Origin: Epiperipatus broadwayi
Lineage: Eukaryota > Animalia > Onychophora
Direction of reading: 5' to 3'
NCBI GenBank assembly: GCA_028023455.1
Contig: JAQFVV010000004.1
Location: 5,270,001-5,334,000 of the forward strand
Length of the DNA stretch: 64,000 nt
Both the position numbers and the translations under genes were made by a program. The first letter of the stretch is position 1. Each line of letters opens with the position of its first letter. This document shows, piece after piece, positions 51,598 through 63,929 of this stretch. A model generated the notes under the pieces. It made no database searches. It was not told where the DNA came from and was given only the letters and a program-made list of their open reading frames with translations.

Positions 51598-54500
51598 TCA
51601 AGCTAAAATCTCTTTCTTCTCTTATCTAACTTTTCATCTGACTTTTTAATTAAACAGCTTTTAGATAATTAATAAACAATCATTTCCATTTACAGATTAC
51701 AGGACTTAATTAATACCTGTTTTTGATTTTAACTTACGTTATTTTTTTATTAAAATATTTTTATATTTCAATCTTGTATTTTTTTATTTAAAAAAAAATA
51801 CGTTCAGATACTTTTTTTTTTTGTTTATGAAAAAAATATTTTTAAAGTTTAGCATCTGTGCGAATGTATATACGTATAACAAACATTTTTAATTTTAGCG
51901 TTTAGTTTTTTACTTTTATTTGCGAACTTTTAAGTTTTTATTTTAAATTAATGTAACGACATATTTATATATCGTTACAGTATATAATAATGTTGATCCA
52001 AATTTTTATTGGTAAAATACATGATTTTGTAACATTTTAGACAAAGTGTTATGTATTATAGTGTGAAAGCTATTGTGCTATAACACCAGGGAAAATAGAA
52101 ATAACAAATATAAAGACAAAATTAAAACAAGTACTAATTAATTTGTTACTACATGTTACTAGAGTACGTTTGTATGAGAAAATTACATAAAGTTTTGTGA
52201 TTAATAATAATATAATTAATTATAGAAAAAATAACATCTCTTATGTTGGAGTTGAATGAAATATGGATGAGGATAATTTATTTCAGGATTGTACATTGAT
52301 AGACTGCTTAGAATTTTTTTTTACTTGAGGTTTTATGAATTAAATAGAGTAATGATAAAAGAAAAAATTATAATAATAGGATTTGGCATTGAGCAGCTTT
52401 AACTTAGTCATAGATAAATATATGCTTATACCTTTTACGATGAAGATTTTTAATGTACTTATTGAAAAATTAGCTGAGTTCATAATTTTGAATAAACAGT
52501 CAATATTTTTAATAAAAAATCAAAATTCTATGTTTGATAGACTATCTAATGAGACTAGAGAATAATTTTTACCTTCATAAAGTTTTATCCAATACATCAA
52601 AAAATTTTAGGCATTTCTTTGATAGTACTAACTTCTAAAGTTGTGTAAGAATTAATAATTGGATAATCAGCAAATCTTAAAAATTATTACAATTTTGTAA
52701 CAAAAATCAAATTGGATATATTGTAAATTTGGTTTATCTTTTATTCGTCATGATGATTCATTTGATATACATATCATAAATCAATTCAAATTGGTCCACA
52801 GCAATATTGAGAATTCCAATTGAAAAAGATGGCATGAATACGGTTAATTTAGAGCAGTGTAATTGTTTTATTATGGTGAAAATTTAATTAATGTTATTTT
52901 CAACACCATATATAAATAACTACTCATATTTGTGTTTTAAGAATTGTCATGTGTAATAGTTTGCTATTGACTGAATCTGAAAGTTTAAAAACTGGTTAGA
53001 TTTTATAGCTCTCACTATATTAATATAAAATATAAAGTATTAAATTATTGCAAATGATCATGTATTGAAATCTTGGATAGGATTTGGGATAAAGTGTATG
53101 CTTAAATGATCAGAGAATATGTTTATGGTAAATTTTTATGCAGGTTTTTCTTTCAACTTTTTAAAATTCTCTTTACCATTTTTTACTCAGGGTGTGTGTT
53201 TTTTATGTGATGATTATTGAAGAGTTATTTAATTGTATCATTATCAATGTTCTGATTTTTTGAGATAATAATATAAATTTTATTTTTTAAAAAAATTGTA
53301 TAGTGTAGAAGAAGTATACACCAGGGTCTCGTTTTATGCGGATTTTTTAAATACAATTTTGAAGTTATGCAATTCATGTTTCTTCTTAATATCTTTGTAT
53401 GTGGTTTTCTTTTATGCGATAAAAATTATTATATCAGAAGTCGAGATCCCATAGTGCGCTATTACTTTAAATATTATAAATTTTGTGCACTCACACGTCA
53501 TAAAGTAATAATGTATTAGCAGAGTTTGACTTCCATTTAATATTTTCAATATTTTCAGCACTTTATAATAGTACTGTAATAGATTTTATACAACAAAGAA
53601 GTTCATAATTCACTTAAAATCAGGATTTCCCCATTTTATATACACACATTAAATTTTGCAAGATTATAATGTAAATCTGTTCAAACATTATAGATGCGTA
53701 TACTATGCATGTTGTTGTAAAAAATATTAAGATCTTATTATTTATTTATTTTACATAAATTTTATTTTGTATCTAAGTAATTTCTACTAAAATAGAATGG
53801 AATTTTCTGCTTTATTATATGCTCTTTTGACAATCATGCTAGCCAATCAAAGATTACACAAGGTATTTATTTTTTAATAAGTGAGTTATCTAATTATTTA
53901 ATGTGTAAAATGTAGAAATGCGGGCACCTATTATGTTCCTAAATCTGTCATCCATGCATTCTGGTTTCATGATTGATCACCCTACTACATAACCTGTGAA
54001 ATGAAACAACTTATGAAATAAAATGGAAATCTGTCTTGGAATATTTTTTTTGTTGTTATATCTATATTTTTGGTTGGTAATTATATCTAATTTAAGTTAA
54101 ATTTTTCTACTTCCTTCTGAACTATTTCATATAAATTATAAACTTATTAACTCTAATACATCCTAAATAAACTTAATACATAGAATAAAATGATTAAAAT
54201 AGTGATCCCATGGATATTGGACATAGAAATGTTTAGAGATCTCTTAAAATTTAATTGTTTAATAGAGAACTTTTAATATTTGTAACCATATAACTTTATT
54301 ATAAATATTTTATCTTATATTTAATATTTATTGTGAACCTTTTTTTAAAATAGTTTATCATCATCAGTGAAAGGAACTAAATTAGAAGTATTTGTGAAAT
54401 ATATGCATTAATTTGCTTAATTTATATAAACCATTTACATATCTGAGAATTATCTTCATAATTCTAAACCAAGCAAATATACTAATTCTAAAATCATCAT

Positions 54501-55299
54501 TGTGAACTTGATCATACAAATATGAACTTATTTCAATCCATTTTTTAACAATTTTGTATATTTAAAAAAAAAAAATGTGTATTTTTTGTCTTTTCTTTAA
54601 AGTTAAATAATAATTTAAAAAGGGAGAAGAAATGATTAATAATTATATTTTTTGATAATTATGTATTTTTTTTAGATGCTTTAATTTTAATGATGAGTTT
54701 ATTTTGTTTCTAGCTTTCATTTAAAAATGTTTTGCCTAAACAAGAAAGAAAATTTTTCAGTGTGTGAATATGCATAGTTAAATTTAATTTGAAGTTTTTA
54801 GTAATCTTAGTTAAAAGAATGTTTTCTCAAAATATGTTATCAGTAAAATTTTAAAAGCTCTTAGTGATGGGTGAAAGTTGGAATTTTTTTTTACAGCACA
54901 TGTCTAAATGGATTATGGTTGCTAAATTTGGTCAGTAGTAGTATTTTAATTAATATTTATCTTATAATAAGTATTTCATTTTTGCTTGCCATCTGATAAT
55001 AATGTTGATGTAATATGTTCCTTATATTAAATAGTTGTTGTAGTGAAGATATCCACATTTGATAGCGAACATTAGGTCAGAGCTTATTACTATTTATTCA
55101 TCAAAAAGTTTATAATATTGAATTAAATGGTAATTTTTAATTGTATTTTTTTACAGTTCTCTCATATATATATATATATTTAATATAGTGTTCTTATGAA
55201 ATATTTAAAATTTGTTTTATTATTTAGACTTTCACATACTTTTGATATAATGGCAAAGCAATCTTTTAAAATCCCATGTACTGTTTGATAGTATGTATC

Positions 55300-58200
55300 T
55301 TGGTTAATAGAAAGGAGTTTACTATTAACTGAAAGGAGATTCTTTGATTCCTCTTGGAGGCCTTGAACCGAGCAGGGCAAATTCCTAATGTCCACTCCAT
55401 ACGTTCTTGTCGTTGCAGCTGTTATTACTATGTGATTATTCATATAGTATACGAACATGGATGGGCTGCTCACCAACACGCATTAGCCAGGCTGGTGAGT
55501 TTATTGGCTTTTTACCTCTGAGTTTAAGATCAAGAAATACCATGGTCTTTCTTCTCAGTGCCTGATAAGGCAGAATGAATGTTTGTATAAATGATAAATA
55601 TTTTTCCATTACATATATACAATTTATGACAGACAAAAATAAAGTATGGCCCTTATTCCCAGAAGGCTGTAAAGTCACCAACCAAGGCAGCGGCTGAAGG
55701 CAGAGGGTGCTAAGAATCCCCTGATTGCGGACCCAGGCTGCCATTTGATGACGACTTTATTTAGGTACTTAAATTGCAGATCACTTTCAAGTGAAGGAAG
55801 ATTTCAAGAATTAGAAGAACTGTCTTATATTAAATGGGACATTATTGGACTTTGTGAAGTTAGAAGAAAAGGTGAAGAGACAATAGATTTAAAGAGTAGA
55901 CATATACTCTATTACAAGGGCACAAATATTGGAAATACAAGTGGAGTAGGATTCATTATAAATAAAAAGTGGAAGAACAATATTGTGGAGATTGATGGTG
56001 TATCAGACAGAATGGCAAGATTAGTTATACAACTTAATAGCAGATACCAAATGCAGATAATTCAGGTTTATGCCCCAACAAGTTCTCATAGTGATGAAGT
56101 AGTAGAAGATTTTTATATGGATGTACAAAAGGCTTTTGATTAGAGGAAATGACATTTTAAAATTGTTATGGGAGACTTTAATGCTAGAATTGGTAAACAA
56201 ATGAAAGATGGTACTGTGGGTAATTTTGATTATGGTAATAGAAATGAGAGAGGACATAGACTTGTGGAGTTTGCAGAAAAAGAAAAACTTTATATTATGA
56301 ATTCTTTTTTTGAGAAAAATGTTGAAAGGAAATGGACATGGAAGCATCCAAATGAAGGTACAGCAGAATTGGATTATATTTTGACTAATAGGAAATACAT
56401 ATTTCAAGATTGTAATGCTCTTAATAAATTTAACACAGGAAGTGATCATTGATTAGTAAGGTGTAAGATACGTATTAATGTAAAACTAGAGACAAAAATT
56501 ATTAAGAAAAACAATATTCACAGTTGATATTCCTAATCTTCAGAAACATTCTAATGAATTTAAATTAGAACTTACAAATCGGTTTCAAGTATTGGTAGAT
56601 TTTGAACATGATTCAGATTTGAATGAAATTAATATGAAAATAACTGATACACTTTTAAAAACTGCAACAAAGATAGCTGGTAGAAAAAGGCAGCAATTGA
56701 CCAATAAAATTTCTATTGAGATTAGAGAATTTATGAAGAAAAGAAGGAACATGAAGATATACAAAAATGATGCATTAGAAAGGATTGAATATCTCGAATT
56801 TTGTAAAATGGTACGGAAAAGAGTTGAAAATGATATAAGAAAGTATAACTGTGAACTAGCAAGGAAAGCTGTAGAAGAAAATAAAAGTCTCAAGAATGTT
56901 AAACAACATTTTGATATTGGTAGGAAATTTATATCTGCAATAAGAAAAAAAGATGGAATTATTACTAAAAAGAGAGATGACATCATGAAATTGGTAGAAG
57001 ATTTTTATCAAGAATTATATAGTAATAAAAAACAAGTACCTCCTATATCTATTACATCTTCCGAATTGCCCAGAATTTTAAATGAAGAAGTGAGACATGC
57101 AATTAAATGTATGAAGAAAGGAAAGGCTCCAGGTAATGATGGAATTATAATTGATGTATTAAAAGAAGCAGGTAAAGAAATAGAAATTTTTTTAGCAAAG
57201 TTATATACCAAATGTCTAAATGATAAAGATGTACCGGATGATTGGAAGAATGCAGTAATAATATTAATATTTAAAAAAGGTGATAAAGAAGTTATTAGAA
57301 ATTACAGACCTATCAGCCTTTTATCAGTTTTGTATAAAATTTTTACCAAGATAATTACAACTCGTCTCCAGAGAACATTAGATTTCCACCAACCAAGAGC
57401 TGGATTTAAAAGTGGTTTTAGTACAGTAGATCATATCCAGGTATTGAGAGAAGTTATAGAAAGAACAAATGAATATGAGTTGTCATTATGTTTTGGATTT
57501 GTAGATTATGAAAAGGCATTTGATTCTATAAACATTTCTTCAGTGATTAAAGCATTGGATCATCAAGGTATAGATCCAGGATATTGTCATATTTTAAAGA
57601 ATATTTATAAAAATGCAACAGCAACAATTAGATTACATAATGATACTGGGAAAGTCAACATTGAGAAAGGTGTAAGACAAGTTGACTCCATATCTCCAAA
57701 ACTTTTTACAGCAGTGCTGCAAGAAGTATTTTGTGGATTAAAATGGGAAACTAAATGAATGAAAGTAAATGGAGATTATTTAAGTCATTTAGATTTCGCA
57801 GATGATGTAGTTGTTTTTGCAAATAATGCTTCAGCGCTGCAGGAAATGTTGCAGGAGTTATCAGAAGAAAGTAGGACTAAAGATAAATGTTAAAAAGACT
57901 AAAGTAATGTTTAATCGATTTCAAAATATGAAAATAAAAATTGATTATGATGAATTAGAAGAAGTTAACAGTTACAAATACCTTGGTCAGATTATTAATA
58001 CAGATGGAAACCCAATGGAGGAAATTAATCATAGAATTAAACTTGTAAACAGGCAAAAACTCTCCATATAGTAGTGCCACCTTGTGCTAACCAGAGTAAT
58101 CAATGGATGCCAGAAGGCTTGTACATAAAATCCCTATCTAGTGCCTACTCATCCAATATTTCCAGACTAGTTTCTGGCTTGTGGCCTTCATCAGTGAGAA

Positions 58201-58844
58201 GCCTTGGATTTGAGAGCACTGCACCTAGATCGTAGCACAAGGTGGCACTACTATATGGAGTTTTTGCCTGTTTACTAACAGTTATGTGCTAGCATGATAT
58301 GGCGATCATGTGATGTTTAGAATTAAACTTAGTTGGAGTCCTTTTGGTAGAAATAACTTGATACTAAAAAGAAATATGCCTATGTGTTTGAAAAGGAAGG
58401 TTTTTAACAAATGTGTTTTACCAGTTCTTACTTATGGATCTGAGACTTGGACGCTTAATAGAAGAGCAATATGGAGACTTCAGACCACTCAAAGAAGTAT
58501 GGAGAGATGTATGTTGGGAGTAACAAGAGGAGATCGAAAACGCAATGTATGGGTAAGAGAACAAACAGGTGTTACTGACCTCATTGAAAAAATTAAAAGA
58601 TTGAAGTGGAGTTGGGCTGGACATATTGCTAGAAGAGATGATAGTAGATGGACAATTGAAATTTTAAACTGGATTACAAGAGATTGTAAAAGACCCAGAA
58701 AGAGACCACATGTGAGATGGATGGATGAAATAAGAAAGTGTGCAGGGGTGATGTGGAGAAGAGAAGCTAAAGATCGGAAAAAATGGATTAAACTTGGAGA
58801 GACCTTCATCCTGAAGTGGATTGATAATGGTTGATGATGATGAT
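55300..58844 (+). mobile_element. Full-length but disabled RTE-clade LINE (APE endonuclease plus RT)
   Basis: EN motifs WDIIGLCEVRR, GVGFIINK, IIQVYAPT, MGDFNARIG, LDYIL and GSDH. RT motifs KAPGNDGI, NYRPISLLS, GFVDYEKAFDSI, GVRQVDSISPKLF, FADD (57796-57807), YKYLG, LTYGSETW and WAGHIARR. Stop at 58832-34 and a (GAT)4 tail. In-frame stops at 56141, 56150, 56450 and 57756, frameshifts, and an insertion at 58045-58317. The 5' UTR is defined by homology to the 19.1-kb and 25.5-kb copies. Confidence 0.97.
58045..58317 (-). mobile_element. Family A element inserted in the RTE, with an inverted 3' end and a 13-bp TSD
   Basis: TSD tagaattaaactt at 58032-44 and 58318-30. Inverted arms 58045-89 and 58233-75 are identical except for a 2-nt indel. 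Hammerhead on the - strand: CTGATGA 58188-94, GAAA 58171-74, CTAGTC 58165-70. Confidence 0.92.
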
Positions 58845-60918
58845 ATAACATTATTTTATCTTAAGTGTTATGTCTGTTTTAGCATAATACTTTCTTTTGT
58901 TTTGAATTCACATGAATGTTTTACCCTTACATATGTATACACAGTTTATTACTCATAAAAATAATAGTTACACTTCATTGAACAATAATTTTTTTTTTAT
59001 TTTGAAAGTTATGATTGACTAGAAGTTAGAATATTAAAGTGTATTTTTATATATAATAAATATCCTAGATCACTATTATTCAAACTTGTTTCCCAGTCTT
59101 AATCAATTTTATTTAAAAGCAAGATTTAGTTATAAATATTTTGTGAAAGTAAATGGAAGCTTACTCTATGAATGATTTGCATAATGTGCAAGTGCATAAT
59201 TATTACTGCACGATTTTATTTTTTAATAATTAATTTTAAATTGTATATTTATCTCTATAGTCAATAAAATTTAATATTTTTTAAGCATGATTTTGTTTTA
59301 TGACATTTTTTGAGCCAGTAACTATTTAATATCCTAGTTCCTAAAGTCATTTACTTCACCTTAGTGACATGAATCTAGTTACAGCAATATTGTATAATAT
59401 AGATTTAAATCCAATTTTGGCACTAACTTGCTTATTTTTATGAATAGTATATATGTATTTCTTTATATTGTTAGGTAGAATAAAAACATCTGGATAAATG
59501 ATTATATTTTAGTACACTGTTCTATTGAATTATATTTGAAAGAGTTTTTATGTTAAAGAAATTAATTATTCAATTATCTTTATATTTTGTTAATATCAAA
59601 GGTTTATTTTATATTTTGGTAAACCAGTTTTATCATTTGTAAATGTATCTTATATAGAGAAATTAGTGGTTGAGATACAATAAAAATCTCTTGAAATTTC
59701 AACTGAAATGTGACTGCACGTCTTTATTAAATGTTTAATAAAATCTATAATTTTGTGTTTCACTATGCTTCTAATTTATTCACATTACCTATCATTATAA
59801 TTAATTTGGTTGATCAATGAAGGGTGGTCAGACTTCCAGTTATAGTTTATTAATGAAAAGTTTAAATGACAATAATTTAGACATTAAAAAAATTATAATG
59901 ATATTAATTCATGTTTCATAGGTGATGCTTTATTATATGCTAAGAATATGTATTATAATGTAAAAGTTTATGTAGATGTGTATTATTAATTTGTTTAAAG
60001 AGTTCATAATAAACTAAAATAGTTGAAATTGGAAGTGCAGTGAATAAAAAAGGCCTTGGATGATATGTCCATGTAATGTAATTGCTGGTATGATGTGTAA
60101 TGTTGTATTTGTTACTCATACTAAAGCTAAGTATTAAGTTTTGTTTTTTTATCTGCAGTCTCAAGCCAATAATGTAACATTAAATTAAGTTTAGGTTGGA
60201 GTTGGAAAAAATGTCACATTCTCAAATTAATAGTATTATTCATGTGACACATAATTTAATGTATCTTTCTTATACCAAAAATGGCAACAATATCTGCACT
60301 TAATTTCTAATAGGTCAGTAAAATAAATAGCAGTTGATCTTGTTAGACCTATATAACTGTATAGGTTTGAGCTCACATTTTTAGAATTTTAAAGTTTGGT
60401 CCCTGGATGCAGATTCAGTGTGAACTGTGTCTTCTGCCAAATGAAAGCTGTGTAGCTAAAAATTGATCGAATGCTTGCGTTGCTATTTTCACCATTTTTA
60501 GCTTTCTCTATAAATGAGTTTGTAATGCTATTTACTAGTATCTGCAAAAGAACTTTCCTTTATGGCAGATATGTGTATATATTATATTGAAAATCATATT
60601 TATACTTGCTTGCCATGCTAAAGAAAAATATTTTGTTTTTATTATTAGTAATAGTTTGCTATGTTTTGTTTTGTTCTACCCTTTTTTCAAATTATTATAA
60701 TATCAGAATTTAAGCTTCATTATTAAATAATGACTTCATGATACAATAATAATAATGAAGTCTCTAATTAAAAAAAAAATATATATATAAAAATAATTAA
60801 AAAAATGACCTCAGTCAGTTTTGAAAAAAAAAAAATACTGTATTTTAAATATATTTTTAGATTTTATTTTTTAACTCCCATATTTTATTATAATTGCATT
60901 TTACTTTTTTAATTTCAG

Positions 60919-61053
60919 GCTTGGAGGTCCAGATCCATTGGATTATATTAGTATGTATGCAAATCCTGGTAATTCAGATCTTGGAGTACCTCCACATTGG
61001 CATTATATAAGTTTTGGTTTATCTGACTTACATGGAGATGGAAGAGTTCATGA
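60919..61053 (+). CDS. SUFU: Suppressor of Fused, internal coding exon (equivalent to vertebrate exon 2)
   Basis: Acceptor tttttaatttcag| and donor |gtaagt, 135 nt, phase 2-2. Encodes (W)LGGPDPLDYISMYANPGNSDLGVPPHWHYISFGLSDLHGDGRVH(E), matching the conserved SUFU N-domain WLGGPDPLDY.SMY...HWHYISFGLSDL.GD.RVHE. Missing from the ORF track because it has no long ATG-initiated frame. Confidence 0.95.
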
Positions 61054-63007
61054 GTAAGTCACCCTCCCTTCTTATATATTTTTTTTTTAAAAAGTAAATT
61101 AGTCAACACATAAATAAATATAATGAATTTTTTAGTAATAAGTCATATAATAAATAACATTTGTATTAGTGTAAAACTTTTATAAAGAAAGAATATCATC
61201 AGTATGAAATTAATGTCTCCCCCCTTTAAAAAAAAAAAAATGGCCAACATACTTTTACATAAGTAGGCATATCTTTGTATATCAGTAGAAAGTTTTGAAA
61301 ATCATCCTTTCATCATTTATGCACCCCTATTAATAAAAAGTCTTTTTAAAAAAAAAAAAGAATTATGACTAATTTTTAATGTAAAAATATTCACTTTTTG
61401 TTACATTAATTAGTCTATAAATTAATAATGGATTATTAAATATATATTTTTTTATTTTTTTTATCTTTAAGAAAATTGTTTCAAAAATGCCATAAATGAA
61501 AACTTTTATAAATATATTTGAATTTTGTCTATATCTATGACGTTTTAATTTTATATTTTCAGGTGAGACTGCATTTCAAAAGTAAATTTCTGCATTTTTT
61601 GATCAAATATGCAATAGTAATCTTAATTAACCATAATTGCTGTGGAAGATATATAATATTCTTTTTTAAAAAAATTAATTTAATTTGTTAATTTACAAAC
61701 TAAAAAGAATAATAGTTATTAAAAGCTATTTCTGCTTAATCTCTGCAAAATATAATTATAGCAGGATTCACTACTGATAAATATTTATACAAATAAGGGA
61801 GTCTACGGTTTTGGTTTTTAAAATTTGACTGTTGTACTGACATCTAATGAATAACATTTTTAGTATAGTCTCTTCCAAGATCTGATAGCAGTAACTATTT
61901 TAATTTCCCATTCCTGCCTAATCATTGTTATTACTATTCATTATTTAAATTATAGTTTTTAATTGAGTCAAGAAAAGAGTTATTTTTAAACATTGTAAAA
62001 AAATAAACAATTGTTTGAAACTTTCTTTTAGTATTGCTATTATCTCAAAAAGTTTTGACTTTTCCTTGATTAAATGATTATTAATGACAACAATGATTTC
62101 ATTCTGTTAATACTCTTTATAAATTATTTCTGGAGCTATTAGAAGGAATTGATTCTATTGGAATCCCTTTTATTGCTATTTTTTGTTATTATATTTTGCA
62201 ATAAGCAAATCTATTATCCATCTATCTTCTCCAAAACAAATTCATTTTCTACCCATTTTTATCAAGTAATTATTGTTTCACTAATTCTATACAAATAAAG
62301 CATGTTTTATATCAAAAGTTTGTTTTATATAATACTAAAACTTGATTAGGGCAAGCTTGATTATTTTGTATATACAGACAGATTTTCACTGCATATTTTT
62401 TTGTGAATAATAAATCATTTAAAGCAGTTGAGATATTATTAGTTCACATGACTCTCAAATGTGTCTTGAATAAATGCCCCAAATCGCTTCATTTTGGTAA
62501 AATTGACCATATCTGTGTATTTTAAGCATTCAAATTGGTGGAAATGGTCTGTATTATCTATTTCTACCACTGTAATCACACACAAAAAAAAAATTGATAA
62601 AATTCTGTGCACTTATAAGAGTGATTCAAACATTAATGAAGAAAATGTTCCTTGTTTTATTGAAAGTCAGATAGAATTCTTAAAATTTTAATATTTAATA
62701 GTATTGATAAACATGAAAACTTATTAAACAAAATACTGAAACAGAAAATTAATAATAACTACATGTAATTTAACAACTTTCTATTGGCGATTTTGTTTAT
62801 AATGTATCAAATTATAATATATTTAATTTTCTTATGTTACTCAAGAAAAATTTCCATTTGATTTTTGTAGTTGATTATGTAGTAATAGTACAACTCTATT
62901 ATCGTTAGAATGGAAAGTGGTTGACATGTATTTTAACTTTCAAGAGTCAATTTTAGGGCCATCTGTTAGAATTGTTTATTGGTTAGACCACCTTCTTCAA
63001 TACAAGT

Positions 63008-63130
63008 TGTTTTTTTTTTTTTGTTTGTTTGTTTTTTTTAAGTGTCATAGCATCGGCCAGGACGCGAATCCGCAACCCGGGCAACCGCCACCTAGTATAA
63101 GGCAGTCGCGCTGTTGTTCTATGTTCTTGC
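63008..63130 (-). mobile_element. CpG-rich tRNA-like short element with an A-rich tail (SINE-like)
   Basis: Minus strand agcgcgactgccttata...gggttgcggattcgcgtcctggccgatgc followed by aaaaaaaacaaacaaacaaaaaaaaaaaaa. The T-stem does not pair, so it is not an intact tRNA. Confidence 0.45.
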
Positions 63131-63929
63131 TTCTATTCAAATGTCAGATAAAAGATATTCATAATAATTATGCCATTTCTTCTCACTATCAATTGCAATT
63201 TAGCCTTTACATCAAGTGAGATTTTTTAAAATTAAGATTAATCTGAGATATTTTCTGATCATAAAGTATTTGTAATATCTTTCATCTTGAATGGCTTTAG
63301 TGTTAGTACTTATGGATACTATTTAAAATGCAAAGTGTCTGATATGACTCTCTTTATTATTTATTTACAAATTGCTTTGTATAGGCTTTTCTCATGATCT
63401 TCAATAAACAGGGAATTATAGTAAATATTATATCTATCTATAAAATATTTTCACAATCGTTTTTAATAGAAGTGTGTATTATAACACCCATTAATTCCAT
63501 TTGCTTTCAAAAGCAGACTTGATGGATTATTTTTATTTTATTTTTTTTAATCCATTGATAATTAGTAAGTTTAATAAACCATGAAATTAACATTAAATGT
63601 TGTATAATTTTTGACAATTACTAATTGGTTTATAAAATAATTGCATTATTTTCTTATAGTTACATATCATACTAATAACTACTAATTATGATTATAATTT
63701 ATTTATTAATTATTGATATTCTGTATCTAAAATTCTTCAGCAATGCTAAAAAAAAATTTTGTAGTAAATTAATCAAACATCAGTTATAATCTATATATTA
63801 ATTTTCTCATTCATGAAGATGTACAGCTTGTTGATCCAGGAAATGACTAATCATAATAGCCCTTAACATGAAAATGTAGACTACTTTGTTTTTTAGCCCT
63901 TCTTTGTTTCCACTCAAAGACTAGATTTT

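Noticed and set aside
53325-53940. Possible pogo/Tigger-like MITE starting acaccagggtctcgttttatgcgg
   Set aside because: The left end is suggestive, but no convincing right TIR was found.
55670-55745. HDV-like ribozyme using ggcagc/gctgcc and cctg/cagg
   Set aside because: The P1.1 GG, P4 and catalytic-C J4/2 segments could not be placed.
56021-58851. Minus-strand ORFs at 56021, 56585, 57008, 58418 and 58489
   Set aside because: Antisense shadows of the RTE coding region.
61563-61581. Possible 19-nt SUFU microexon (tttcag|gtgagactgcatttcaaaa|gtaaat)
   Set aside because: It would introduce TGA immediately after the split Glu codon and has a weak donor. It cannot be supported without transcripts, though a poison exon is not excluded.
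61798-61830. GVYGFGF*NLT resembling SUFU exon 3 (SGFGFELT)
   Set aside because: It has an in-frame stop, an extra codon and no acceptor in a suitable phase. Probably chance.
892-63219. Remaining short ORFs in the track (60-150 aa, rich in F/I/L/K/N)
   Set aside because: Their composition is that expected of chance or antisense ORFs in very AT-rich DNA, and they have no recognisable domains apart from those assigned to TEs above.
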